Of a stretch of 64,000 bases of DNA, positions 1 through 9,257 are shown piece by piece. A program made the position numbers and the translations under genes. The first letter of the stretch is position 1. The number at the start of each line of letters is the position of its first letter. The stretch comes from Candidatus Levyibacteriota bacterium (GTDB taxonomy: Bacteria; Patescibacteriota; Microgenomatia; Levybacterales; UBA12049), in assembly GCA_016182235.1 (NCBI GenBank), contig JACOXT010000003.1, forward strand, positions 2,209 to 66,208, written 5' to 3'. The notes under the pieces were generated by a model. That model was not told the origin of the DNA. It worked only from the letters and a program-made list of their open reading frames with translations, and did not search any database.

Positions 1-1
1 T

Positions 2-631
2 GGTCTGTCGCCTCTTAACGCTGGATTGTGGTCTGTTCCTTCAGCACTTGGTTTTACAATTGGATCTAATATCGCTCCAAGACTTGTTCGAAGATTTCGT
101 CCCCAACAAATTATCAGTTCAAGTCTAGGCTTAGCTGCGATTGGACTAGCGGTACTAAGTCAAGTTGGAGTTGTAAATGGACTTATAATAGTTGTAATTG
201 CCTCAGTCATAATTTCTTTGGGACTTGGTCCCGTATTTGGGTTAACAACCGAACTTATTGTTGGATCGGCTCCTCCTGAAAAAGCCGGTGCGGCATCTGG
301 AATTTCAGAGACTGCTTCGGAATTGGGAGGCGCACTTGGCATTTCGATCTTGGGCAGTATTGGTGTAGCAATCTACAGAAGCAGATTAGCTGATTTACTG
401 CCCAAAGAAATTCCGCCTAATGTTGCGGAAATTGCCAAAGATACACTTGGCGCTGCTGTTGGTATCGCAAAAGAGCTGCCAAATGAACTTAGTATGACAC
501 TTCTTGAAACTGCCCGAAGCGCATTCGTTCAAGGAGTGCAGATAGCAGCTGTCATTAGCGCTATCGTTGCAATTGCTGCCGCATTTCTTACCGCAAAAAT
601 GCTTCGAAAGGTAGGAAAGAGTTCTTTGTGA
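2..631 (+). CDS. MFS-type transporter, C-terminal part (5' end outside window)
   Basis: The frame is open from base 2, upstream of the TTG at 26. The product is a run of Gly/Ala/Ile-rich TM helices with a short basic tail, as in drug/H+ antiporter-type MFS C-termini. TGA stop at 629-631. Confidence 0.6.
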   Translation, partial: GLSPLNAGLWSVPSALGFTIGSNIAPRLVRRFRPQQIISSSLGLAAIGLAVLSQVGVVNGLIIVVIASVIISLGLGPVFGLTTELIVGSAPPEKAGAASGISETASELGGALGISILGSIGVAIYRSRLADLLPKEIPPNVAEIAKDTLGAAVGIAKELPNELSMTLLETARSAFVQGVQIAAVISAIVAIAAAFLTAKMLRKVGKSSL

Positions 632-772
632 TATAAAGATCCCGACAATAACATATGATAAGTCACAAACTAATTATAGGTTTAAAGCTATTTAACCCCG
701 GTATTAGAAGCTAAAGATAAAATTACAATAGCCTAGCAAATCTTCCCTAGAAGTTCTAGAATTGTACTTAAG

Positions 773-1270
773 ATGAGAGTCTTAATTTTTGGTTCTTCAG
801 GATCAGGAAAGACTTACGTTTCAACTGAACTTAGGAAATTAGGAATTAATGCTGTTGATGCGGATTCGGTTGAAGGACTATCTTCTTGGTTTGATGGCTC
901 AGGAAACAAAATGCCTTATAAGGAAGATGCAGATGAGGAGTTTTTGAACAATCACTCCTTTCTTTGGGATAGGAAATTCTTGGAAGAGTACTTAAAAGAA
1001 AATCCAAACATTTATTTATTTGGAGCATCTGGAAATATCTTTGGGATGTTGGATCTTTTTGACAAAGTCTATTTTTTAAAAGTTAATCCTGGTTTACAAA
1101 AGGAAAGACTAGTGCACCAGTCAAGAGAAAATCCTATGGGTAACACTGAGTATCAAAGAGAAAACGCTGTAAGATGGGGTAGAGAATTAGAGAAGAAAGC
1201 TAAAGCTTTGGGAATTGGATTTATTGATGCCACACTTACTCCAGAGGAAATATTTAAGCTAATTAGATAG
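773..1270 (+). CDS. P-loop NTPase (small kinase/AAA-like ATPase)
   Basis: N-terminal Walker A motif MRVLIFGSSGSGKTYVS. At 165 aa it is the size of nucleoside/nucleotide-kinase-like proteins. Confidence 0.55.
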   Translation: MRVLIFGSSGSGKTYVSTELRKLGINAVDADSVEGLSSWFDGSGNKMPYKEDADEEFLNNHSFLWDRKFLEEYLKENPNIYLFGASGNIFGMLDLFDKVYFLKVNPGLQKERLVHQSRENPMGNTEYQRENAVRWGRELEKKAKALGIGFIDATLTPEEIFKLIR

Positions 1271-1327
1271 TTGCTGGGAAGTTATGGATTAGGTTCTGAG
1301 AGGGTGTTTTTGGAGCCATTCTTTTAC

Positions 1328-1558
1328 TTAAATAGTTGCAAAGCCGCGGACATGAAGAATTTCATTTTTTGCCATTGGGCGGATATCTTTATGAATTAAA
1401 GTAAGTACGGCGATAGTTTTACCAGAAGCGGCCACAAATTCTACCTCCATGGCTTTTTCATCACCATATAAATGGACAATTGTACCTAAATCACCCTTTT
1501 TTAGTCCATACTCTTTTATGGCATGGGTAAGAACCACCATATCTAATTCGTCAAACAT
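1328..1558 (-). CDS. DUF4926 domain protein
   Basis: 76 aa. The pattern LDMVVLTHAIKEYGLKKGDLGTIVHLYGDEKAMEVEFV..GKTIAVLTL matches the DUF4926 family as I remember it. It is paired with the DUF6883 gene 22 nt upstream. Confidence 0.65.
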   Translation of the reverse strand: MFDELDMVVLTHAIKEYGLKKGDLGTIVHLYGDEKAMEVEFVAASGKTIAVLTLIHKDIRPMAKNEILHVRGFATI

Positions 1559-1580
1559 AATGCATTTCTCCTAAATTGTA

Positions 1581-1913
1581 TTATACAGGATATGCAGTAA
1601 CGAATCTAGGAGCTTTTTGATCTGGCTCCAGAATCCAGATTGATCTTATTTTTACAATTTTCTTACTTGGTGTGTTAATTTTTCCCTCTATAACATATTT
1701 GTTTCCATGAATGGACCCAGAAACATCTTTAACTTCTTGTGTAATAGCAATACTAAGTAGAAACTTTTCCAATAAAGAGGTATTAGTTTCATTAAAACCA
1801 ACAGATCTGAAAAATTTAGCCTTTGACTTGCCTCCCGAATGTGTTTCTGAAAGTATATAATCTGTTAATTTCTCTTTCGGGATATATGCATTTTTGCGAT
1901 TAGGAAGCTTCAT
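1581..1913 (-). CDS. DUF6883 domain protein
   Basis: 110 aa. MKLPN....IPKEKLTDYILSETHSGGKSKAKFF..VGF ... RSIWILEPDQKAPRFVTAYP matches the DUF6883 family pattern. Confidence 0.65.
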   Translation of the reverse strand: MKLPNRKNAYIPKEKLTDYILSETHSGGKSKAKFFRSVGFNETNTSLLEKFLLSIAITQEVKDVSGSIHGNKYVIEGKINTPSKKIVKIRSIWILEPDQKAPRFVTAYPV

Positions 1914-2036
1914 CTAATCAATTATAGCACCGGGAAAACTAAAAAATCGGGTTACTGAATTTACCCCAAATGCAAAAAAGCGAATAAGTCGCGATACATG
2001 TAGGCGTGGCGTTTTTACTTCTGTTATAATTCAGCT

Positions 2037-2693
2037 ATGAGATTGCTGCTAACTTCTTCTGGAATTACCAATAAATCAATTGAGAAAGCATTGTTGGAAC
2101 TTCTTGGAAAACCTTTTGATAAGTCCAATTTGACCTTCGTTCCAACTGCCGCAAATGTTGAGGAAGGTGATAAAACATGGCTGGTTGATGACATGAATAA
2201 TTTCAGGAAATTAAACTTTGTGTCTTTTGACATTATTGACATCTCTGCTGTGTCAAAAGATATATGGATTCCCAGTTTTGAAAAAGCTGATATTTTGGTT
2301 TTTGGAGGCGGTAATGTTCACCATTTACTGACGTGGATAAAAAGATCAGGATTAGTCAAGCTACTCCCCAAGTTTTTAGAAAATAAAGTATATGTTGGCA
2401 TAAGCGCAGGAAGCATGGTCACTGCAAAGAACTTTTCTCTTTCTACCACAAACATTTTATACTATGAAAAGAATAAAAGTTTAAAAAATACAAAAGGATT
2501 AGGATTTGTAGATTTTGAGATAAGACCCCATCTTAATTCAAAATGGTTTCCAAAAGTAAGACTTAACTATCTTGAAAAGCTGGAAAAAGAAGCCCCGAAT
2601 ACTTTTTACGCAATTGATGATGGTACTGCTATTAAGGTTATAGATAAGAGGGTTACTATTGTTTCAGAAGGTATGTGGAAAAAATTTAATTAA
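2037..2693 (+). CDS. Peptidase E-like / type 1 glutamine amidotransferase-like (S51) protein
   Basis: MRLLLTSSG..., FGGGNVHHLL and GISAGSMV (nucleophile Ser context) are typical of the S51 dipeptidase E family. Confidence 0.6.
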   Translation: MRLLLTSSGITNKSIEKALLELLGKPFDKSNLTFVPTAANVEEGDKTWLVDDMNNFRKLNFVSFDIIDISAVSKDIWIPSFEKADILVFGGGNVHHLLTWIKRSGLVKLLPKFLENKVYVGISAGSMVTAKNFSLSTTNILYYEKNKSLKNTKGLGFVDFEIRPHLNSKWFPKVRLNYLEKLEKEAPNTFYAIDDGTAIKVIDKRVTIVSEGMWKKFN

Positions 2694-2891
2694 TGTGAAA
2701 TTTGAAATAACAGCTTCTGATCCTTTTAAGATCCTCTCTTCCACCAAATTTGCGATGGAAAACGCAAAACGTGTAAGACTTAGTCAAAAAGCAGTGGAGC
2801 AGATTGGGCATGCCATTTGGCTTATGAGTCAAGATCAAGCTTTACAATCACGGATTAAGCCGTATCATAGAACATATACAACATTTTATTA

Positions 2892-3623
2892 ATGGAGATT
2901 TTATTTTTTGTAGCAGCTTTTTTATCCGAAATTGTTGGGACAGTTGCTGGTTTTGGTTCTTCAACAATATTTTTGCCCCTCGCATTAATCTTTTTTGACT
3001 TTAAGACCGCGTTAGTCCTCGTAGCATTACTTCATATTTTCGGTAATATCGGAAGGATTAGCTTTTTTAGACATGGATTGGATAAGAAAACTCTTTTAGT
3101 TTTTGGCATTCCAAGTATTGTTATGACGCTCATAGGGGCATTGTTAGTGGCATATGTTCAACAAGATGTATTAAAAGGTATATTGGGAGTATTTTTAGTT
3201 ATCTATGCCGGGGTTTTCTTTTGGAAGGAAGACTTCAAAGTAAAGCCGACATTATTTAGTTCTATAACAGGCGGAGGATTATCTGGTTTTCTTGCTGGTC
3301 TTATAGGGACAGGTGGAGCTTTACGAGGAGCATTTTTGACAGGTTTTGGATTATCCAAAGAAAGATATATCGCAACAGCTGCCACTATAGCCTTGATGGT
3401 AGACATAACTAGAATTCCTGTTTACTTCGCGCAAGGCTTCTTGGAAAGTGAATATTACTGGTTTATTCCATTACTTTTAGTTATTGCTTTCTTGGGCTCA
3501 TTTACAGGAAAGCAGATAGTAAAACGTGTTCCTCAAAACAAGTTTAAAAAAATCGTTTTGTTGGCAATATTATTGATAGGCTTGAAGTTTATTTATGATT
3601 GGATCTGGGGGTTGATGTTATAA
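2892..3623 (+). CDS. TauE/SafE-family anion exporter-like membrane protein
   Basis: 243 aa, about 7-8 TM helices, with duplicated Gly-rich helices (VAGFGSSTIFLPLAL; GLIGTGGALRGAFL). Confidence 0.55.
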   Translation: MEILFFVAAFLSEIVGTVAGFGSSTIFLPLALIFFDFKTALVLVALLHIFGNIGRISFFRHGLDKKTLLVFGIPSIVMTLIGALLVAYVQQDVLKGILGVFLVIYAGVFFWKEDFKVKPTLFSSITGGGLSGFLAGLIGTGGALRGAFLTGFGLSKERYIATAATIALMVDITRIPVYFAQGFLESEYYWFIPLLLVIAFLGSFTGKQIVKRVPQNKFKKIVLLAILLIGLKFIYDWIWGLML

Positions 3624-3630
3624 TGAATTT

Positions 3631-4950
3631 ATGATTGAAAAACAGGATGAGTTGTCAGGACAGCAAAGGCAGTCTGAGTCTCATGTACTAAAAATTAGTA
3701 CATGGAAGAAAATCTTGTCAAAGAGGATTGTTGTCTTTGCTGCTTTTCCCATGGTATTGCTTTTTCTCGTTGTTGTTTTAATGATATTAACATCCTCGCC
3801 TTCATCTACAAATCAAAACCAAACGGATCACTCTAGGTATAGTCAGGGTAAAGCCGGTCTATTCGGGCAACAATGTGAAGGTAAAGGCTATAATAAATTA
3901 AGTACATTTCCTCTTGATCCTGAGGAGATTGAGTTGATTGTTCCCATGGGGAGAGTGCAGGATTCGCATGTTACGCCAACAGATCATCAATATATTATCC
4001 CCAAAGAAACTAAAAGTGGATCTTTAGTAACAGACAATCCAAGAAAATACGATATAAAAGCTCCGGCAGATGGTTATATTATAAATATTGAGTTATTTAA
4101 AGAACCGGTTGAGGAGGCATATCGAAAAGATCCGTATCAGGAAAATTATCTGGTTGTATTTGAGCATTCTTGTGATTTTTACATCAGGCTTATTCACATC
4201 GATACCTTGTCAGAGAAAGTGCTCTCATCTTTTAAATTCAGTAATCCTCAAGATCAGCATCCTTCTGCGCAAACCAGAATTCCGGTTAAAGAAGGGGAAG
4301 TTATCGGGACTGTTGGCCCTCACTCTTTTGATTTCCAGATTATGGATACCATGCTTAAGAACAAAGATATTATAAGTCCGCAAAACATAGATTTTTTTAG
4401 CTCGTATACTGTTGATACGTTTGACTATCTATCTGAACCTCTAAGAAGCGAGCTTCTTAAGAAAAATTTAAGGGAAAAAGAGCCTTTTGGTGGGAAAATT
4501 GGTTATGATAAAGAAGGAACTCTTCTTGGAAATTGGTTTAGAGTAGGAAGAGACAAAAACAATAGGGAAGCATATTGGACGAATAATATAAGCATTGTTT
4601 ATGATCATATTGATGAAAGTCAGATTAGGATATCGTTTGGCAATTTTGACGGGTATCCCAAAGCTTACGCTGTCCGCGGCAACACGCCGGATCCCGCGAC
4701 AATAGACAAAAACGCTGGTTTAGTCAAATATGAACTGGTACAGTTTGATTATTTTGATGAAAAAGGCAACCGTTGGGACCAAATCCATTTTGCCCAAAAA
4801 TTAACTGCCAAAAATACAGAAGAAAGAAGGGGCGTAGTCCTATTTGAAATTCAGGATGACGGAGCACTTAAAGTTGAAGCTTTTCCGAAAGCAACAAGCG
4901 CAGAACAAGTCCCCGGATTTACCTCAAATGCCAAGATTTACGAAAGATAA
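3631..4950 (+). CDS. Hypothetical membrane-anchored exported protein
   Basis: Long ORF with an N-terminal TM anchor (VVFAAFPMVLLFLVVVLMIL). I recognise no family. Confidence 0.5.
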   Translation: MIEKQDELSGQQRQSESHVLKISTWKKILSKRIVVFAAFPMVLLFLVVVLMILTSSPSSTNQNQTDHSRYSQGKAGLFGQQCEGKGYNKLSTFPLDPEEIELIVPMGRVQDSHVTPTDHQYIIPKETKSGSLVTDNPRKYDIKAPADGYIINIELFKEPVEEAYRKDPYQENYLVVFEHSCDFYIRLIHIDTLSEKVLSSFKFSNPQDQHPSAQTRIPVKEGEVIGTVGPHSFDFQIMDTMLKNKDIISPQNIDFFSSYTVDTFDYLSEPLRSELLKKNLREKEPFGGKIGYDKEGTLLGNWFRVGRDKNNREAYWTNNISIVYDHIDESQIRISFGNFDGYPKAYAVRGNTPDPATIDKNAGLVKYELVQFDYFDEKGNRWDQIHFAQKLTAKNTEERRGVVLFEIQDDGALKVEAFPKATSAEQVPGFTSNAKIYER

Positions 4951-4980
4951 ACTATTGTAAGAATGTGATATAATGTTTAT

Positions 4981-5355
4981 ATGTTAAATTTTAATTCTAT
5001 AATGATAGGAACACATCAACCAAAGGTATTGGCTGATTTTTATGAAAAAGTTTTTGGCAAACCAGCTGATTGGAATGATGGAAGTTGGTATGGTTGGCAA
5101 GTGGGAAGTACTCATTTGACAATTGGCGAACATTCAGAAGTAAAAGGTAAAGCTAAAGAGCCACAAAGAATAATTCTAAATCTTGAGACGGAGGAAGTGA
5201 AAGGAGAATTTGATAGAATTAAAAAAGAGGCAAAAGCAAAAGTCATAAAAGAACCATACGAAATGCAGGGCGCGTGGATTGCAACTTTTGCCGATCCAGA
5301 CGGAAATTATTTTCAACTCATGTCCCCTTGGGAAAATGAAAGCCAAGCCAACTAA
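4981..5355 (+). CDS. VOC/glyoxalase-family protein
   Basis: 124 aa. The C-terminal FADPDGNYFQLM is typical of the glyoxalase/bleomycin-resistance fold. Confidence 0.6.
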   Translation: MLNFNSIMIGTHQPKVLADFYEKVFGKPADWNDGSWYGWQVGSTHLTIGEHSEVKGKAKEPQRIILNLETEEVKGEFDRIKKEAKAKVIKEPYEMQGAWIATFADPDGNYFQLMSPWENESQAN

Positions 5356-6046
5356 CATATTCTCCACCTTCAATAAGTTCCCCCACCTACTAATTGCTAT
5401 GTCTAAAAGAAAAGATGGGTCAATGAAGAACAGCTCTTTTAATAGACAAAAATTCTTAAGTCAGTTTAGAATTGACAATAAAGACACAGTAACAGCAGGT
5501 TTGGTGCATGGAAACAATATCAAACACGTCTCAAAATACGATCTGGGAAAATTTATTAAAAATACAGATTCTTTAATTACCAATGAAAAAGGAGTTTTTC
5601 TTACAATAACAACAGCAGATTGTTTACCAATATTATTATACGATCCGAAAAAAGAAGCAATTGGCTTAATTCATGCAGGATGGAGAGGGTTAGTGCTAAA
5701 TATTGTTGGTCATACAGTAAAACGCATGGGGAAAGATTTCGGAAGTAAAGCAAAAAATATAATTGCAGGAATCGGGCCGGGAATTAGCGTGTGCCATTTT
5801 GAGGTAAAAAAAGACATAGAAAAAAAATTTAAGAAATATCAGAAGGCAATAGAAAAAAGAAATGGCAAGATCCTTATTGATCTTAAAAAAATAGCTTTCT
5901 TACAATTACTGGAAGGAGGAGTAAAAAGAGAAAATATAGAAATAAACCCAGAGTGTACATTCCACAAAGAAATATACTTTTCCTTTAGAAGGGATAGAGT
6001 CTTGCCTCTAAAAGCCCAACTTGTGGTTATGGGATTGACTAAGTAA
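5336..6046 (+). CDS. pgeF: Purine nucleoside phosphorylase/laccase-domain protein YfiH/PgeF (DUF152)
   Basis: Motifs HGNNI, TADCLPILLYD and IHAGWRG are present. I chose the start at ATG 5336 so that the conserved N-terminal strand is included. The ORF-track start at 5279 overlaps the previous gene more. Confidence 0.65.
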   Translation: MKAKPTNIFSTFNKFPHLLIAMSKRKDGSMKNSSFNRQKFLSQFRIDNKDTVTAGLVHGNNIKHVSKYDLGKFIKNTDSLITNEKGVFLTITTADCLPILLYDPKKEAIGLIHAGWRGLVLNIVGHTVKRMGKDFGSKAKNIIAGIGPGISVCHFEVKKDIEKKFKKYQKAIEKRNGKILIDLKKIAFLQLLEGGVKRENIEINPECTFHKEIYFSFRRDRVLPLKAQLVVMGLTK

Positions 6047-6068
6047 TGCATGATGGTCTACTATAATA

Positions 6069-6467
6069 TTGATGCGGAACTATAAAATCGTTGAATGGAT
6101 TTTAAGAATCGCGGTATTTGGAGAATTTGTAGGGCATGGAGTTTTCGCACTTTTGGGAAAGAAAGATTGGCTTAACTGGATTTCCCAATTAACAGGGGCT
6201 TCAGATGTTTTGGCGGTTCAGCTCCTAACTCTTATTGGAATATCAGATATTTTAGTAGGTTTTATTGTGTTGATAAAGCCAATAAGAATTGTAGTTTTGT
6301 GGGCGGCAGTTTGGGGATTCTGGACAGCTATTATTAGGCCAATCGTTGGTGAGCCAATCTGGGATTTTGTTGAAAGATGGGCTAATTGGGGGGCGCCTCT
6401 TGCGCTCCTTTTTATCTTGGGTTTTCCCAAGTCACTGAAAGACTTGTGGAAATTAGGAAAAGACTAA
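6069..6467 (+). CDS. Small integral membrane protein (4 TM)
   Basis: 132-aa hydrophobic ORF with no recognised family. Confidence 0.45.
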   Translation: MMRNYKIVEWILRIAVFGEFVGHGVFALLGKKDWLNWISQLTGASDVLAVQLLTLIGISDILVGFIVLIKPIRIVVLWAAVWGFWTAIIRPIVGEPIWDFVERWANWGAPLALLFILGFPKSLKDLWKLGKD

Positions 6468-6487
6468 GTCTAGCAACACCTTATAAC

Positions 6488-7264
6488 TTAAGTAAATTCT
6501 AAGATCATGGGGCGGTGGTCGGAGATATTGATATTTGGAACTTCAAAGTTTATAACCTTAATCCCAGGAGAAACAAGAGTATAGTCCGCAAACTTATGCC
6601 TTCTTGTATAAAGACTAGTTCTCGTGGAAGATATATTATATTTCTTAATTAGGTTTGTTAAATGATTTTCCAGTATTTTGAGGCTTTTTGTATCAGGATC
6701 TAGATTGAGATCTCCTACAACAATTTTTTCACCATATTGTTTTTGAATAAATTGTTCTATTTTTCTTGATTGTCCTATTCTTTCTTCACTGTCTTTGTTA
6801 CCGCCAGAAGAATCCGGAGTCCATATTCCGTGCAAATTATAAACATTGAGTATTTTATTTTCTGACTTAACTTGCACAAATTGTAGTTTTCTTGAAGTTT
6901 CAAGATAATTCTTTCTCTTGATTATCCCTCCTTCAACATGATGAATAAATATATCTTCATAGAATGTAATATTAAAAGATTTTTTTACAAAAATTGCTAT
7001 GCCAAAATAGACTTCGAAATCAACAAACTTTGTCATATCATATCCTTTGAAAGTTCTGGCAAAATATCCTTTAAAATCTTTTAACGAGATACTAAGATCG
7101 CCAAAAATGTTCATTCTATATCCAGAGCTTTCAAAAATACCAGAATTGCTTTGGGATACTTCTTGAAAACAAAAAATATCAGTCGTTTCTGAATGTTTTT
7201 CTATAAATTCCACAAGAGGTTTATAAATTTTGCCTCCCCAGATATTTAAAGAAATAAGTTTCAT
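6488..7264 (-). CDS. Endonuclease/exonuclease/phosphatase (EEP) family protein
   Basis: MKLISLNIWGG, CFQEV, GDLNL and SDHRPM are the canonical EEP catalytic motifs. Confidence 0.65.
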   Translation of the reverse strand: MKLISLNIWGGKIYKPLVEFIEKHSETTDIFCFQEVSQSNSGIFESSGYRMNIFGDLSISLKDFKGYFARTFKGYDMTKFVDFEVYFGIAIFVKKSFNITFYEDIFIHHVEGGIIKRKNYLETSRKLQFVQVKSENKILNVYNLHGIWTPDSSGGNKDSEERIGQSRKIEQFIQKQYGEKIVVGDLNLDPDTKSLKILENHLTNLIKKYNISSTRTSLYTRRHKFADYTLVSPGIKVINFEVPNINISDHRPMILEFT

Positions 7265-7328
7265 ATTTTTTATAAAATTTTATTATCTATTGACTTTCTT
7301 AGGATAATACTTAATTATTGAATTATAT

Positions 7329-7835
7329 ATGAATACGGCGATGAAAGAGAAATTACCTCTCATTGTAGGCATAGTTCTTCCATTTTTTTTGATTCTATAT
7401 GTTGCGATTACTGCTTATGTTCCCTCATTTTTTGTAAAACCTAAATATAATTTTGTTTATACTAATAATTATAATAATGATTACAATATCAACGTAATCG
7501 ATGGCAGGATTAATTTCAATCTAAGATATATCGATAGCACAAACAGAAACTATGTTTCCAGAAGAGAGCCCACATTATTCTTATATGACGTAGCGGCAGA
7601 TAAGTCTACGCAAATTATACTTACTCAAGCTCAGGCATATATTTTAGATCCATCAAATAAATCACCAGATGGATTTACAGTTGGAAGAAGCGAATATAAC
7701 AGCTATTCATATTTTCCATTTTTCTTTGGTGGCAGCAACAGAGGAGTTTATCTTATGGGTAAGGGATTAAATAGGAAGATTACAGATCAAGATTCTTATT
7801 ATTTTAAGCTTGTGGGGTGGGTTGTAAATGAATGA
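7329..7835 (+). CDS. Hypothetical membrane-anchored protein
   Basis: 168 aa with an N-terminal TM helix. It overlaps the next gene by 8 nt (ATGAATGA), which suggests translational coupling. Confidence 0.45.
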   Translation: MNTAMKEKLPLIVGIVLPFFLILYVAITAYVPSFFVKPKYNFVYTNNYNNDYNINVIDGRINFNLRYIDSTNRNYVSRREPTLFLYDVAADKSTQIILTQAQAYILDPSNKSPDGFTVGRSEYNSYSYFPFFFGGSNRGVYLMGKGLNRKITDQDSYYFKLVGWVVNE

Positions 7836-8862
7836 ACAGGATAAACCTAAAGTCAATCAGGTCTTAACTGATCTGTCAACGCTTATTAAGAATAACCTGG
7901 TAACTGAAAAACAGGTTTTAGGCGTTATCAGGGAGGCTGAATTCAAATCTGAGCAACCCCATTCATTACAAGAGAAAATAAATCTTCAGAAAATATTGTA
8001 TTATATTGGCGGATTTATTGTTCTTTTAGGCATTACATTTTTCTTTTATCAAAATTGGGAGACAATGAACCAGGTTTCAAAAACCATTCTTACTCTTGGG
8101 GCAGCGGTTTCGGCTTATGCTCTTGGTTACTATTTTTTCAAAAATACCCCAAGTAAAGAATTTGGCCATGCTTTCTTAGTGATATCAGCGGCCTTATTCC
8201 CGCTTGGAGTTGGTACTTCTTTGGATGCTATTGGAGTGTCGGCAACCAGAAGTGGCGGAGTTTCGGTGAATTCTGCTGTACTTTTTATGATTTTCTTTGT
8301 TTCCTATTCAGTCTTAAGAGCTGCAATTTTCTTGCCTTTTTCAATAATAGCAGCATCAACTTTATTTTTCAGCCTTACAAATTTCTTATTAAAGGATGCA
8401 GGAGTTATACCCCATTTTTATGAATATCGAGTCTTGGTATTGGGGGTAACTTATATATTACTAGGTTATTATTTCTCCCAGACTAATAGAAAGTTCATGA
8501 TAAATTTGATGTATGTATTTGGTTTATTAATGTTTTTTGGCGTAAGCATGTCTTTACAGGGATATTCTCCTAGGGCCAATTTTTTTTGGCAGATTGCGTA
8601 TCCATTCTTATTAGTATTAGGATTTTGGGGAAGCATAAAGCTTCAAAGCAAGGCATTTTTACTAATGTCTACATTATTCACGTTTGGCGAAATACTTAAA
8701 TTGACTGCAGAGTATTTTAGCAAAAGTATCGGATGGCCGGTTTCTTTAATTATCGCTGGATTGATTATCATGGGAATTGGATATATGAGTTTTGAATTAA
8801 ACAAAAGGCTTATTATAAAATTAACAGATAACAAACAGTCGACAATTCGAAATACCTCTTGA
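7828..8862 (+). CDS. Polytopic membrane protein with soluble N-terminal segment
   Basis: 344 aa, with about 9 predicted TM helices after a roughly 55-aa polar N-terminus. Confidence 0.5.
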   Translation: MNEQDKPKVNQVLTDLSTLIKNNLVTEKQVLGVIREAEFKSEQPHSLQEKINLQKILYYIGGFIVLLGITFFFYQNWETMNQVSKTILTLGAAVSAYALGYYFFKNTPSKEFGHAFLVISAALFPLGVGTSLDAIGVSATRSGGVSVNSAVLFMIFFVSYSVLRAAIFLPFSIIAASTLFFSLTNFLLKDAGVIPHFYEYRVLVLGVTYILLGYYFSQTNRKFMINLMYVFGLLMFFGVSMSLQGYSPRANFFWQIAYPFLLVLGFWGSIKLQSKAFLLMSTLFTFGEILKLTAEYFSKSIGWPVSLIIAGLIIMGIGYMSFELNKRLIIKLTDNKQSTIRNTS

Positions 8863-8873
8863 GTTAAATTTGG

Positions 8874-9236
8874 ATGAAAATTATAAATATTGAAAAAGTT
8901 ACCAAACATCATCTTAATGCTCCATTATTTACCGGTAAGGTCACCAGGCAGTCTCCTGTTAAAGATGATGAGGGAAGCGATTTAAGTATAAATTATATAC
9001 ATTTTCCTAAAGGAGTCAGAAATAAGTTTCACAAACATTCAAACGACCAGGTTCTTATTGTTCTTAGGGGCAATGGGATTGTTGAGACAAAGAATAAAAC
9101 ATTCAAGGTTAAAAAAGGAGATGTCATCTGGACCAAGAGAGGCGAAGTGCACCGTCATGGAGCAGGCTCCAACTCTTCTTTCTCCCATATCTCTGTCACG
9201 AGATCCCACACCCAACTTACGCAGACAGAAAAATAG
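8874..9236 (+). CDS. Cupin domain protein
   Basis: HKHSNDQVLIVLRG.G......F.VKKGDVIWT..GEVHRHGA is the two-motif cupin His pattern. Confidence 0.6.
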   Translation: MKIINIEKVTKHHLNAPLFTGKVTRQSPVKDDEGSDLSINYIHFPKGVRNKFHKHSNDQVLIVLRGNGIVETKNKTFKVKKGDVIWTKRGEVHRHGAGSNSSFSHISVTRSHTQLTQTEK

Positions 9237-9257
9237 TGGTTTTGGTATAATCATGGT

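Noticed and set aside
1620-1640. atctggctccagaatccagat inside the DUF6883 gene as a further copy of the ATTCTGG/CCAGAAT element.
   Set aside because: Only a single 7-mer matches, without the GTCATTCTGG terminus or a paired hairpin arm. It encodes conserved-looking WILEPDQ and is most likely coincidental.
2659-2892. 77-aa ORF. From 2694 it reads VKFEITASDPFKILSSTKFAMENAKRVRLSQKAVEQI, which faintly resembles the N-terminus of queuosine-salvage (DUF2419) proteins, so it could be a gene remnant.
   Set aside because: The resemblance rests on my memory of a short motif only. The ORF stops after about 65 codons with no further similarity. This cannot be supported without a profile search.
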